From: Octopus bimaculoides
Taxonomy: Eukaryota
NCBI RefSeq assembly: GCF_001194135.2
Contig: NC_068982.1
Location: forward strand, 1,389,569 to 1,453,343
Direction: 5' to 3'
Length of the DNA: 63,775 bases
The stretch's first letter is position 1. Every line of letters starts with the position of its first letter. Under the pieces are notes generated by a model. That model saw only the letters and a program-made list of their open reading frames with translations, was not told the origin of the DNA and did no database searches. Positions 12,661 to 25,970 of the stretch are shown piece by piece. Position numbers and translations under genes: made by a program.

Positions 12661-15600
12661 GAATGAGTTCAAATGATTTTTTTTTATATTAAACACTTTT
12701 ACAAACTGAAACAATTATGAAATAATAAATATAAATGTTCTTCTACTAAAAAATACATCCTACAAGTCTTCTTCTGTTCATTAGACAGTATCTTCTTGTA
12801 ATGTTGACCAAATAGTTTAATAGTCAGTAAAAGTATTAGAATTGTTGAAGCGTTAATCTACTGTCCAACATACTATTTTGATGGTATTTCATATCGAGGC
12901 TAACATTACGTATAATTTGTAAAGCGATGGATTACCATTAAAGACAGACTGGGATTGCTTTTCACTCTTCCAGCCCAACAAAATCAAATCCCCAATCATT
13001 GTGAATCCATTTATCATCAGACAATTTATTCGATTATGTGACTCGAAAAAAATTCAATAAGATGAGCGGATCATGTCTTTATTGTAGCTGTTCTCACGCG
13101 AAGCTGAATTCAACCCCAACAAATAACACAAAAAGAAAAACGAAACAGATTTCACACTGATGCTTCTACTCATGGTAGCTGGTCGTTTTTGCCTTGTAAA
13201 AACCTATTTCTATTTAGGTGTATAGTACTCTGCCTATATACAATGCTATGCCGGGAACAGTATATGAATGTTATCACATGTACAAAAGCAAGCATTGTGA
13301 TAGCTTACGTCCTAAATATATTTCTGAGAACTTAAAGGTGGACAGAAGTGGAATAAGACACACTTCTATTCATATTAATTCTGTAATGAAATGAATGAAA
13401 TGCTTCAGCTGTGAACTTTCACAGACTCCCTGCATCAATTCGTCAATAGTATATTGCTATAAGTTTGAAGTAGAACTTATTTACTATTCCAAAATTATTT
13501 TAACCCTTAGAACATGAAGTGAAGAGAGATTTTCTGTGAACTACGAATGTTGTTTCTATTTTGTTTGTTATCTGTATCTACGACGACCGATGGCTATTAG
13601 TTTATGCTAGGGAGGAAATCCAATCACATTTGGATTCATGTCCTTATACACAACCACACACTTCCTCTACTCTCTATGCAACTACTGGCTATTGGCTGTC
13701 TACCAATGTCTGCACATCAAATTAACTCGGAAAAAGTAGTCTGCAGCTGGTGTGTAAACCTACACAACTCTTCAAGGCAGTCAATATTTGAAAATGTACT
13801 AATGAGTAGCTTTTAGAATAATTAGATGAAAACATTTGCAAATTATAAGAAAATGTCGAACTGTATTTCTTGCATAAGATCTTACCATGTTGGCCAATAT
13901 TGAAATTTTGGAACTTACGAAAGCTTGATGTTATTGCTTTTGGCTTTTAGAAATTAAGAATTTTTTAAAGTATCATTGGTAATGTCTGGGGAAATTACTG
14001 GAACGTGTGAAATATTGCTGTTATAGAATGTAAGCCATTTGGTGGAGCATTATCTTACAAGCAGCATTAGTCGCCAATTGAAATACAGGTGTTTCTCTTA
14101 ACCAAGAAGTTCACATGTATATTTATTACATCTATTATGGTAGTTACTAAATCAAATTATATTTTTCACCTTCTTTAACAAAAATATCTTAAGAGGCAAT
14201 CAATGTAAAGAAACTAAAGGGACTAATGGAAAATGATGGACTATTTTATGTTTGCATTCTAAAACTTACTTCCGTTACAGGAATTATAATTTGTTTCTCT
14301 ATTGGACATTGCGTGATCTAAATTATTCAAAAATATGAATAGCTGAGTCAATAATGTACAATATAACTACTGAATAGGTTGGTGGTTCATATCCTCCCAC
14401 AGGCAATGCAAAGTATTTTCAGCCACGACCCTGTAAACAGCAAAACTCAAAATTAAGGAGGGAGGGATTTCAACAACATCGCCAAACCTGCGGACGAAAA
14501 CTCCGCCCAAGTCACACGCGTATTGTCTGTAAAATCGACACAGCGAGGGTTGTAGTCGTAACTACATTAGGTATGGAACTAAGATGGGATTGTTACAACT
14601 GAGACGATTTGGATTATAAGTCTGTGCCACCAGGCTTGAGACAGGATTAAAAAACGCACAAGTATCCTCATGGTAAAAATTATTGTAAGCAACAACAGCT
14701 CTGCGAAATCAAGAGTTTTTCATTAGGTAGTGATTTGCATTTAAGCCCCGAAAAGATAAAAAGAATAATGGTATAAATTCCTTGCTTCCTTCCGATTGTT
14801 TGAACTTTATGTTCCGCCTAGGCGTTATATTATAGATGTGAACGATTTCTATATAGAACGAATCATTGGAGACCTGGTGATTCCAAATGATTTGGCAGAG
14901 TTCAATATCAAGAGAGTATGTTTATTTCACTGGTATAGAATTTTTGTGTCATATGTATTTCAAAGACTTTATTATCATAATTTTTATATTTATTCTAAAA
15001 CATTTAATTATGTGTTTAAGTTGACTAGAACACTAAAATATGTTAAAAATATATAAGATTTACGAGTATGTACCGAAAACTATATTAGTATTATAAAATA
15101 ATTTTATTACAATTTACGTCTAATTAATACGTTACAATGGTAAATACAATTCGAGGTATTTTTTTTTTCAAGTTCATGCGCTTTAATCCCGAATATACTG
15201 AATAATGTACATTACATTAATGTATAGGATAATCCCTTATTTATAAAACAGAATTACTACGAGAAAAATTGAAAGGCGCGTAAGTGAGATTTTGTATTCT
15301 AAGCGCACCTTGCTATTTATTCAATGAAAAGAGACTTTCTATTTCTAAAATCAAAACCAGTTAAATAGAAGTATTAAAGTGGAACAATTCCACTAATATG
15401 CTGCAGCTAGACAAGTTTAAGGATTCTTTTTCCAGTGCTCTAAACTGTATCAGGTGTTCAAGCCTACACCTATCCATGATGTCGTTATTCATGGGTCAGT
15501 GATTTGGTATTGGTGGTGTACTTATGAATCAAGCTACAAATGTTAATTTTGGAAAAAGACATAAAATACTGCATTAAAAAAAAAACTATTTCTATACATT

Positions 15601-15839
15601 TATCGAATCGTCGCAGTACATACGAATGCATATACACATAAATTTATGCACACAAATATACATACATTTATGGAAAAAGAACAAACAATCCGAAATGTAT
15701 GAAAATTCTTTGATTCCTTCATTCCATTGTCTAACTCAGGTATTATTTTTAATACGGAGCTTATTAAGGTATATGTGCATATGCAAACGAAACAATAACA
15801 TCCCCTTTTCCTATCATTGGCAAGTAACTCTTAACTTAC

Positions 15840-15876
15840 ACCACTCGTTGCATCCTTGATGGAATAAGCAAAACGT
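15840..15876 (-). CDS. Putative internal exon 3 (37 nt)
   Basis: Strong polypyrimidine acceptor tttctctctgcttcctttccacag, perfect donor gtaagt; reads (I)RFAYSIKDATSG. Confidence 0.6.
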
Positions 15877-16139
15877 CTGTGGAAAGGAAGCAGAGAGAAA
15901 TATGTTGAGCAGTGTTTTCTGCTTGCTGTATCGCTATCTGAGAATATTTTTTAAAATTTGTATGACGATAAGGAATACTGATTGGTCTCATTTTTCAACA
16001 ATCGCGCTTCTGACTGTCGGATTTGCGTAAATAATTTCCAAAATCGCCTTCAAACCACTTTCAGCTTTCTGAAACCTTTTCGCAGATAATCAGATAGGGA
16101 ACAGCGATACTTGTTATATATTTTCATGACCTCAAAACT

Positions 16140-16390
16140 TGTGTGAAGAAAGAAATAAAGTCTTCCTCTAACCGGAGAGCTGGTACTTTATCTTACCGAC
16201 GCCGAAAGAATGAAAGGCGACACTGATCGGCAGGGGATAAACTGGACAATGTATTTCCTGGATATCTAAGGCGTTCCAGGTATGGACTGGCAGCATTGTC
16301 AGAACTTCGGAAGAAACACTTTGCCGTGCCTCTTCCAACACTTTGCCGTGCCTCTTCCAACACTTTGCGTTCTAGTGGCAATACATGCGA
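16140..16390 (-). mobile_element. Degenerate family-B-like SINE with 22-bp tandem duplication
   Basis: Minus strand gcctttcattctttcggcgtcggtaagataaagtaccag matches the family B centre. Confidence 0.45.
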
Positions 16391-18499
16391 TGAAACTGGC
16401 ACTAAGGTGTAATGGCCATCGTCTTTGCTTTTCCCTGACACAAAATCAGTTGTGAAGAGAGGAGACTTACAAGTACAGTAGCAAACTGTTCTTCTTCCAA
16501 AGAAGTACAATGTACAATATATTTAAGACTTTACGACTAGAATCTTCTCTTGTGTGTGCAAGTGATGTAGACCTCCTAATAATTCGGAATTGGTATACTT
16601 TACCAAGTCAAAATATAGGAATTATATTGTAATTAAAGTGATAAATTTTGGTTGGAATAAAATGGATTTATTTGCAAATAGCATGAATATATAAGTAAGC
16701 ACATCATGTAAATACATGTAAGTTGGCGATGGTGTTCTGAACCAAAACAACAAAAATATGTACACCAGAACAGCTTAATGTTCTGGAAATAAGGCAGTCA
16801 TTATATTTGTTTGCCAATATTGGACAGAATATCTATTTCTCTGCGGCAATGAATCTGCAATGGAATATGTGTGCTTATCGACTCGATCATTAAGGCTTCG
16901 ACAAGCTGTAACGACGTTACGTTTCCTCAGGGGTTCTCTAATTGTCTCCCTTACGTGTCAATGGCAATAGATATTTAATCATCGCGATATGTTTTCATTT
17001 TACAGAATATTAGAATGAATATTTCTTTTAAAATTTCGATCGATTGAATAAGTTTTCACTCACACAACAGTTAAATTTTACTTTGGATGATACATTAGGT
17101 CGTCTCAATTAATCCTTATTTGTTTTATTCTCCAGCAATTAATGTACAATTTAATATGGCTGTTTAATCAATTCGTTGTTGCTGTTATTTAGTCCTATGT
17201 CAACACTAATTCAACTGAAATTTGATCAAACATGAACCAGCATTGATTACTAGGTCTTTTGTATGGATCTCACTGCACTATCCAATGGGTCAATTCTGTT
17301 TTAAAGCTACTGTGTGTAATTTGAAGGAATTTTTCTGCTATCGCTAGCGGGCCAAGTGACTGTAATGAGGTTTCATGCGTTGATGATGCTGAGATGCTGA
17401 AAGGCGAGAGTCGCAAAAAGCATCAAAAGCAAAATTAGCAACCTGTGAATATTGTTTTCCATTTACAGGATATAATAAAAATTCTCAGGATATTTTGTCG
17501 AATAAACTTTCACCAAAATACTCCAGAAATTATATAATGTTCTTCGAATTTCCTTACTAACACAGACACACACACACACACACACACACANNNNNNNNNN
17601 NNNNNNNNNNNNNNNNNNNNNNNNNNNNNNNNNNNNNNNNNNNNNNNNNNNNNNNNNNNNNNNNNNNNNNNNNNNNNNNNNNNNNNNNNNNNNNNNNNNN
17701 NNNNNNNNNNNNNNNNNNNNNNNNNNNNNNNNNNNNNNNNNNNNNNNNNNNNNNNNNNNNNNNNNNNNNNNNNNNNNNNNNNNNNNNNNNNNNNNNNNNN
17801 NNNNNNNNNNNNNNNNNNNNNNNNNNNNNNNNNNNNNNNNNNNNNNNNNNNNNNNNNNNNNNNNNNNNNNNNNNNNNNNNNNNNNNNNNNNNNNNNNNNN
17901 NNNNNNNNNNNNNNNNNNNNNNNNNNNNNNNNNNNNNNNNNNNNNNNNNNNNNNNNNNNNNNNNNNNNNNNNNNNNNNNNNNNNNNNNNNNNNNNNNNNN
18001 NNNNNNNNNNNNNNNNNNNNNNNNNNNNNNNNNNNNNNNNNNNNNNNNNNNNNNNNNNNNNNNNNNNNNNNNNNNNNNNNNNNNNNNNNNNNNNNNNNNN
18101 NNNNNNNNNNNNNNNNNNNNNNNNNNNNNNNNNNNNNNNNNNNNNNNNNNNNNNNNNNNNNNNNNNNNNNNNNNNNNNNNNNNNNNNNNNNNNNNNNNNN
18201 NNNNNNNNNNNNNNNNNNNNNNNNNNNNNNNNNNNNNNNNNNNNNNNNNNNNNNNNNNNNNNNNNNNNNNNNNNNNNNNNNNNNNNNNNNNNNNNNNNNN
18301 NNNNNNNNNNNNNNNNNNNNNNNNNNNNNNNNNNNNNNNNNNNNNNNNNNNNNNNNNNNNNNNNNNNNNNNNNNNNNNNNNNNNNNNNNNNNNNNNNNNN
18401 NNNNNNNNNNNAAGAAAATCTTTTAAGAGGAAATTCCCCACATGTGGTTGAATTTCTAAAATTAAAAAAAAAAAAATTTCTTCGGTTTTCTTTGCCATC

Positions 18500-20187
18500 T
18501 TCTAAATGAAAATGGCTAAACCAAACCAGGAAGCCAGCATTCCTCTCATCGACTTCCCGCCACTTCCAAAGCCAGAGGTGAGAAAGGCTGAAAAGAACGT
18601 CGTTCCGCTTGAACGCACAGCGAAGAACGCCAGTCTGGCCCTAGAAGATACCAACGAAAAAGTCAAGACAACGTTTACTACTACAAAATACTGCCGCTAC
18701 CACTGCCACTACTACCACCACTATCACTACCACAACCAGCTTGAACACTCAAAGTAATTTTGCCGCAGCTTTAAAGCTGAAGAAAAGAATTATGTCCTTT
18801 TCGAAGGTATAGTAAGGCTCTAGCATTAGACCGAAATAGAATAGGAGACATAAATAGAAGGAGACCTAGTTAAGAAATTAGAAGAGGCACTTAGAACTGG
18901 CATCGCATCCAAAGTTCCGGCAGCGAGGTTGGCCCTCGAACAACACTTCAACGCCAAACACGAAGGATGCGTTGCCAGAGCTAGAATGCGTGCTCTGAAG
19001 AACGAAGGAGTTGGAGCCGCCCGAGAGGCCCGAATGGCGGAGGTGCAATGAGGCAACAAAGCCCCCATTAGGTCTCTGACAGATGAGCAAGGGCGCGAAT
19101 TACTCGAGCCCGAAAGGATGTGTGAGGCCTTTCAACAACACTGTTCGGGACAACTGGTTGGTCAGAACGCAGAGTGGACTTTAGTGCCTACCTGTATAGC
19201 CTGCCACGACTCTCGGCAAGAGAGGCGGAGTGTTGTGAAAAACCCATCACAGCCGAGGACGTATGGAATGCGATGGCAGGCTGCGCGAGTGACAAATCGC
19301 TAGGCTCAGATGGTCTGCCCTACGAGCTCTATTGTCATATGCCAGACTTGTTTGGAGGCGTCTTGGCAGCAGTCTACTGCAACTGGCAGCAAAGTGGGAG
19401 TGTCCCCGTTTCTGTGAAGCGAGGAGCGGTGGAACTGCTAAAGAAAGATCCAAGCAAGGGGAACGTCATAGATAACTCCAAGCCCATCATTCTGCTCAAC
19501 GCAGATTTGAAGATTTTGGCCAAAGTGCTAACCGAGAGGTTGGCGCTTGTTATCGAGAAACTGGTTGAAAAGGCGCAAACGTGCGGTGTGCCGGGCAGGA
19601 GTATCCATGACAACCTCCATCTGATGCGCTACATCATAGACATGGTAGCTAAGGAACTTGGCATGGGTGGACCGCTGATAAATTTGGATCGATCGGGTAG
19701 ACCATTGCTACTTAGAGGCTGTCCTTAGAGCGGCTGGTTTCGTTCCCATCTTCCGCGGTTGGATCGCTGCCTTATACAGCGGCATCCGCTCGGTAGTTCG
19801 CGTAAATGGTCATCTGTCCAGACTATTTAACATCACGCGTTCGGTCCGTCAAGGATGCCCCCTCTCGTCGCTTCTGTACGTATTGACTCTAGAGCCACTA
19901 CTGTGGAAGCTGGGGACGCTGATGGGCATCCCGCGAGAAATCGCGGATGCGGGAGGAGCGTGTCTGCGTACGCGGATGACGTCACCGTGATAGTGTCGAA
20001 CCACAGGCATATCGACCTGGTCAGCGAGACACTAAAAGAATACGAAGCGGTAATGGCAGCGAAAATTAACCGGGAAAAGTCAGCGGGCTTGTGACTTGGC
20101 ACCTGGAGAAGCAAGCCCATGCCGTCCAACAGCGTCTCCATCGTGTGACGCTGGACCGACGGACCGGTTAAATTGCTCGAATCTGGC
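18500..20187 (+). mobile_element. Tx1/L1-clade non-LTR retrotransposon fragment (RT pseudogene)
   Basis: GSDGLPYELY, PIILLNADLKILAK, RQGCPLS (19847), YADD (19969-19980), KINREKS, with frameshifts and stops. 18500-18806 may be an ORF1 remnant. Confidence 0.9.
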
Positions 20188-20455
20188 GAATGTGTGAGTG
20201 AGCATGTGTGTGTTTCAAATGAGGGTGGATTAGTATATACATATAGGCGCATGTACGTGGGTGTGCGGGCACACACGTGTATGTGTGGACTGGTGCACTT
20301 ACGCGAATACTATGGACATTTTTACTCCCTTACCTTTACTCCCTCCCCTCACTTAGCAGTCATTCTAATAGCTCTTTTGTCTTAATAACAGTCAATCACA
20401 CAGTAATTTCCCTTTGTTTTAACGGCCATTTTCATAGCATTTTTTTCGATGGCCA

Positions 20456-20516
20456 GATAACTGAAGAGATGGCGGCGTGGGTTTCCGCCCCGACATCCGA
20501 AACTCGGAGTTTTATC
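20456..20516 (+). ncRNA. Type-I hammerhead ribozyme motif, core intact
   Basis: GAUAA-CUGAAGA-GAUG..CAUC-C-GAAA-CUCGGAG-U-U-UUAUC. Stem I 5 bp; stem II GAUG/CAUC extended by GCGG/CCGC; GUU triplet, predicted cut after 20511. Confidence 0.8.
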
Positions 20517-20547
20517 ATAGCTACCGAATAATTGCCACATATTATTT

Positions 20548-20583
<36 letters not shown>

Positions 20584-21849
20584 CTCTATTTGCTTTTGTA
20601 ATGAATCGGCAATTATGAAAGTAAATTAGTAGTTCTTTTCACATCTGGTTATATATTTCACAGAAATTTTGTTGTTTACAACTCGATTTTCCGTCTGAAA
20701 AATGTAGTGTATATAAAGCAAAATATATTCACTTCACTAGAAAACAAATCGATGCATTGAACTGCTTCATATGCATTTTATTGTTAAAGAAATATGAAAG
20801 GATTTTAGTCGCTGTTGTCTTCTGTCTTTACAGCTAAGCAACCAATATATATANNNNNNNNNNNNNNNNNNNNNNNNNNNNNNNNNNNNNNNNNNNNNNN
20901 NNNNNNNNNNNNNNNNNNNNNNNNNNNNNNNNNNNNNNNNNNNNNNNNNNNNNNNNNNNNNNNNNNNNNNNNNNNNNNNNNNNNNNNNNNNNNNNNNNNN
21001 NNNNNNNNNNNNNNNNNNNNNNNNNNNNNNNNNNNNNNNNNNNNNNNNNNNNNNNNNNNNNNTATATATAGATGTATGTATATATCTATATTATACATTT
21101 ATACATACTACTCCTGGGTGACTACATATTCTTTAAAAGGTTTGCTATTTATTCTCTAATGGAAGAAAATATATTTTGAAAATTTCATTGAAATTCACAA
21201 AGCATTGATGGCAGGCGAAAAACACAATAATAGAAAGAAATGTAAATTCTCTCGGTGAATTGTAATTATTTTCGTTTTATTTAATTCATGTTTGGTACTG
21301 TATATATATATTTTTTAAGAATGAGAGCTTTCTTTTTATATTTCAAGTATATTCACTCCAGGGACGTACGATCTTCAACATGTCTTCGCTCATATTTAGC
21401 AAAGTACAAATGTCACATAAATGAGTTAATATAAATAGATCAGTGCATGTCAAACTAATAGATGGGACGAGTAGCGACTGTTATCACTGAACCTTACCAG
21501 AAGACTCACAGATAATGCAATTAATACTTATAGAGTATTCTTTATCTGACGAGTTAATTTTATCATCACGGTTTTCGTCTACATCCTAAATTGAATTTTA
21601 GTTTGGTTTTATTTTATGCATAAATTTTTATGACACTGTCTTGTCGTGTATATGGTTGAGATGGAATAATACAGAACTATAAAGATGCCACATCGTAACT
21701 ATACGTATAGACTAGAGTATAGACTAGTATGTAAACGAAACTACTAATTTAAAGGGAATTAAATGCATAAAGCAGCAGCCTTCTCCCCGACTGGTATTTT
21801 TATAACAAACTAATGAACTCAGCCTAAAAGAAATTGTTTTCTCTATATA

Positions 21850-21945
21850 CGTGGTTTAGCGGTTAGGACATTCGGCTCACAATCGTAAGGTCGTGATTTC
21901 GATCTCGGCGGCGTGTTGTGTCTTTTGATCAAAACACTTTATTTA
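21850..21945 (+). mobile_element. SINE head only (family E type)
   Basis: tggtttagcgg A-box, gatttcgatctc B-box, ttgtgtcttttgatcaaaacactttattt body. Confidence 0.6.
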
Positions 21946-22146
21946 TATACGTGCGTGAATCGTCTAAGACAGTGCTTCTCAAACTATCTGATGTGGCGTA
22001 CCGGCAGTTTTTTGTTTCCAATGTGTCAGGGACCGGTAATATTTCTTAGTAATATTAATTTATACCGGAAACAGTACACAGGTAAACAATATAAGATGGA
22101 TTTGGTATTAATCTTTATTTTGTACAAATACCTTGAAACAACCAGC

Positions 22147-23286
22147 GATTGGATGCTGAAAATGTTGAAAAACATGAAAGACCGAAAAAACTTCGCTCTA
22201 TTCTGAAAGAGAGCAAAAAATTCGCTACTGATCTCTTAGATACCTACCAGATTGATCAGGTTGAAGGAAATGCGCCAACTGCTGCTGCAAAGAAAATAAA
22301 ATTAATTGCAAAGACAAAAGCACATGAAAAATTAGCTAGCAGATGGGAACAGAAACCTCTGCATGCCAAGTATGTGGCTCGTAGCGAACAAGCTGATGTC
22401 GACCAGAAACGCACGCATCAATGGTTACGAAGCTCATGGCTAAAAGCAGAGAGTGAAGGTTTCATATGAGCTTCTCAAGACCAAAGCTTATTAACTCGGA
22501 ACTACCGAGCCAAAGTGATAAATAAATGGAGCTGACCCAAAATGCCGATTCTGTAACGATGCGATTGAAACTATAGACCACCTAATCTCAGGGTGTAGAG
22601 TCTCAGCACCTGTAGAATATAAAGCAAGACATGACAGAGTCGACCAGTATTTACACTGGACGATATGTCGGCATTATAAAATCAAAGCCGCTGACAAATG
22701 GTATAAACACCATCCTGAAGCTGTGACTGAGGGAGAAAATGTATCGATTCCCCGTACAAGGCTATAAAAGCTAATAAACCGGATATTATTATAAAAGATC
22801 AGACAAAGAAGACGTGTTTATTAACTGACATGAGTATTCCCTGTGATCATAATATAGCGACGAAAGAATTTGACAAGATCAGTAAATATAAAGACTTGCT
22901 AATAGAAATGGCACCTCAAGACTTGCTAATAGAAATAGCACCTCAAAACTTGCTAATAGAAATCGCACCGTACCAGTGATTGTCGGATCTCTAGGAATGA
23001 TAAAATAGGTACTGAAACCTATTTGAAGATGATACCAGGCTTACCATCCCTATAGGAAGTGCAAAAAATCGTGTTAACTGGAACGACTCATGTACTGAGA
23101 AGAGCATTATCGCTGTGAAAACAACATCCATTCATGAATTTATTTATTTATTAATTTTTCTTTTTAAATACATATTTTACCTGTGAATTTGCGTGTGTAA
23201 ACTGGGAATGCATACAATGAGCTTCTCTGCCATAGGTGCACGGAAAACACTCAGCAAGAAATGGAAGAAAATTTGAAGAAAGAAGA
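22147..23286 (+). mobile_element. R4/Dong-like non-LTR retrotransposon 3' part (CCHC + RLE), copy 1
   Basis: CRFCNDAIETIDHLISGC (22543-22596, CX2CX8HX4C), RHD, KPDIIIKD. Ends in an (AAC)n(TAA)n array. Confidence 0.9.
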
Positions 23287-23314
23287 AAACAACAACAACA
23301 ACAACAACAACAAC

Positions 23315-23365
<51 letters not shown>

Positions 23366-23667
23366 TGCGAATAGGACGAAAGAAAAGTCGATATATGTGA
23401 CAGGTCAGCTTGGGCGGTTAAGCAGTTGTGGCCGATGAAAAAGGTGGTAGTAGTAGTACCAATAATTGTCCTGGGAACAGTAAATAAAAATCTTGAGAAG
23501 TACATGGAACAAATGAGGGCTGCAATAAGAGTGGAACACTAACAGATTTGGAACCGCTTGAGTACTCCGGATGGTGTTCGAAAAGTAAGGGGTGTTACCT
23601 TAGTTCACTGGTAGTGAGCAGCTGGCACTGTAGTACAACTCCAGTCATAGAAGCTGTGGAACGACAA
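23366..23667 (+). mobile_element. R4/Dong-like 3' fragment, copy 2 (different subfamily)
   Basis: LWPMKKVVVVPIIV.LGTVNKNLEKYMEQM; bounded by (TAA)n arrays on both sides. Confidence 0.75.
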
Positions 23668-23683
23668 TAAATAATAATAATAA

Positions 23684-23731
<48 letters not shown>

Positions 23732-23801
23732 CAACAACAACAACGACGACGACGACAATAACAACAACAACAACACCAACAACAACAACAACAACAGCAA
23801 C

Positions 23802-23872
<71 letters not shown>

Positions 23873-23908
23873 GAAGAAGAAGAAGAAGAAGAAGAAGAGG
23901 AGAAAGAA

Positions 23909-24680
23909 GGAAGCCTAATTGTAGCAGCCCAAGATCAAGTGATTGATAAAAACAAACAACTTGAGAAAAAATATATATGGAGAAAATATGTCAGAAAAAT
24001 GTAGAGCCTATGAAACTCGGAACGAGGCAGCGGCACACGTTGTGGAAGAATGACGCAAGTTCGTACATGAAGAATATAAGAAATGGCGGCACGACCAGAT
24101 TGTAAATGTTTTACACTAGAAAACTGTATCAGAAACGGGGATTTGAAACTGGAAACACATGGTACAATCATCGAGTCGAAAGACATTTGGAGTCAGAGAT
24201 ATGCAAGATTTTGTGGGACTTACCTATTGAAACAAATAAAAACTTAGAAAATAATAGACCAGATATAACGAATGTAGATAAGGAAAATCGAAGCTGCTTA
24301 CTTATCGACCCATCATACCCGTTTGATTCCAGGATCGTAAAGAAAGAGAACGAAAAGCAGAAAAAAAACCTCAAAAGAAATACAATCCCTTAAAATATGA
24401 AATAGGAAGGATTTGGAGTATGCGAACAGAAAAGGTCGTACCTATAATAATTGGTGCATTAGGAACAGTGAACCAAGATATAGACAAATGGTTGAAGGGG
24501 ATTGAAAAAGAATGCCCGGTAGAGCTCCTACAGAAAGTTTTCTCTTGGGAACATAAAGGATTATCAGGAGGGTTCTAAGCACTTGAAAGACTACTAAGAA
24601 CTTGTGGATACCTAAGGTTACAGGTAACAACTCGCTACCCACATAAATCCTACCAGAAATAAGATTGAGTCAAACCATAG
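23909..24680 (+). mobile_element. R4/Dong-like 3' fragment, copy 3 (different subfamily)
   Basis: SLIVAAQDQ, RHDQ, KILWDLPIETNKNLENNRPDI, LLIDPSYPFD, VVPIIIGALGTV. Preceded and followed by trinucleotide arrays. Confidence 0.9.
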
Positions 24681-24709
24681 TAATAATAATGTTGCTGTTG
24701 CTGCTGCTA

Positions 24710-24775
<66 letters not shown>

Positions 24776-25643
24776 ATTCCAGCATTTGCTGTATACGGCC
24801 AAAGGAAACATTAAAATTGTGAATTTATTGCCAGCACAACGGGTGGGGAAATGGTTTGCAAGTAATAAAATAGTTGCTGTAGGATTACAGCAGTGACTGG
24901 CAGAGAAGATGGTATACAAACAACAATGGTTGGAAAACAAAATCAAACAAAAGTTAGAAGCTCGTCAATAGATATACAACAGGCGAAGCAATAAACGAGG
25001 TCGACGAAGAAATGTGAATGTTAGAATGCAATATGTCACCATGGTATAGTAAATGAGATAACACTTCTGAATTTCATTCTCTTTTTCTCATGATCCATTT
25101 TCTGTATGTGTGTAGCTTTGAAAGCTTAACTTCTATAGATTTTCTAGTACATATAGGACACTGTGGAAAAAAATACACGTGACATCCGAATAACTAGCGT
25201 GCAAAACTTAGAATGATATTGGAATTCTGATCAGCCTATCTACTAAACATCTATTGTCATGTGAGTGCGACAATTTTAATGTATTAATCCGTGAAACTCC
25301 TGGTGGAGAACGAGAGGCCACACAAGTTTTGATTGAAATTAATATCTACAAAGTAGTGGAACTGCTAATAATATAGGTTGTTGACTCTTCAGTGTGACAG
25401 AAACACGATTATGTTCTAACACATCCAGCATAACAAACGAACGAAGTTTACCTTTCTGTTGAGATGGGATAACACCGAATACTACAAAGTCATGTAGTCT
25501 ATACCGAAAATATTTGCAACCTAAATATTGTTTTACTCGTCATATACTGTGAGTTTCCTTTTAATGACAAAAATACTAAGACAACAGTTTTAATTTTTGC
25601 GATCATTAACAGTTTAGAAGAAAACATTAACTCAGATATAAAA

Positions 25644-25970
25644 TCATTGGTGTTTGTTAATTTCGAGCCATGCCTGGCTCATAAGGGCTAGTTTCCCGGT
25701 TTCATTGACGTATAAGTTCCCCACCTGGACGGGACGCCGGTCCATCACAGTTGAGCTGCTAGATGCAGGAGAAAGAGTGAGAGAAAGTTGTGGAGAAAAA
25801 GTCAGCAGAAGTTTACCATTTCTTTCTGCCGGAGCCGCATGGGGCTTAGGTGTTTCGCTCGTAAACACACAAATAGCACGGTCTGAGATTTAAACCCGCG
25901 ATCCCTCGACCGCGAGTCCGTTCCTCTTATCACTAAGCCATGTGCCTCCACATAAAATCATTTATAAGTG
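25644..25970 (-). mobile_element. SINE with family A head/body but a different 3' tail
   Basis: Head tggaggcacatggcttagtg..ggactcgcggtc and pyrimidine-rich body as in family A; tail tgtgatggaccggcgtcccgtccagg..gaaaccgggaaac..ggctcg. Confidence 0.8.

Noticed and set aside
13570-13800. DDRWLLVYAREEIQSHLD resembling RT sequence after the YADD motif
   Set aside because: Too degenerate to assign.
16193-16510. 105-aa minus-strand ORF with apparent splice sites
   Set aside because: It overlaps a SINE centre and a tandem duplication.
16716-16736. Possible extra 21-nt phase-2/2 exon (TPSPTY)
   Set aside because: Good acceptor but weak donor (gtattt). Left out of the model; it would enlarge the Cys ring if real.
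21969-22140. cagtgcttctcaaact hAT-like left end
   Set aside because: No matching right TIR or 8-bp TSD found.
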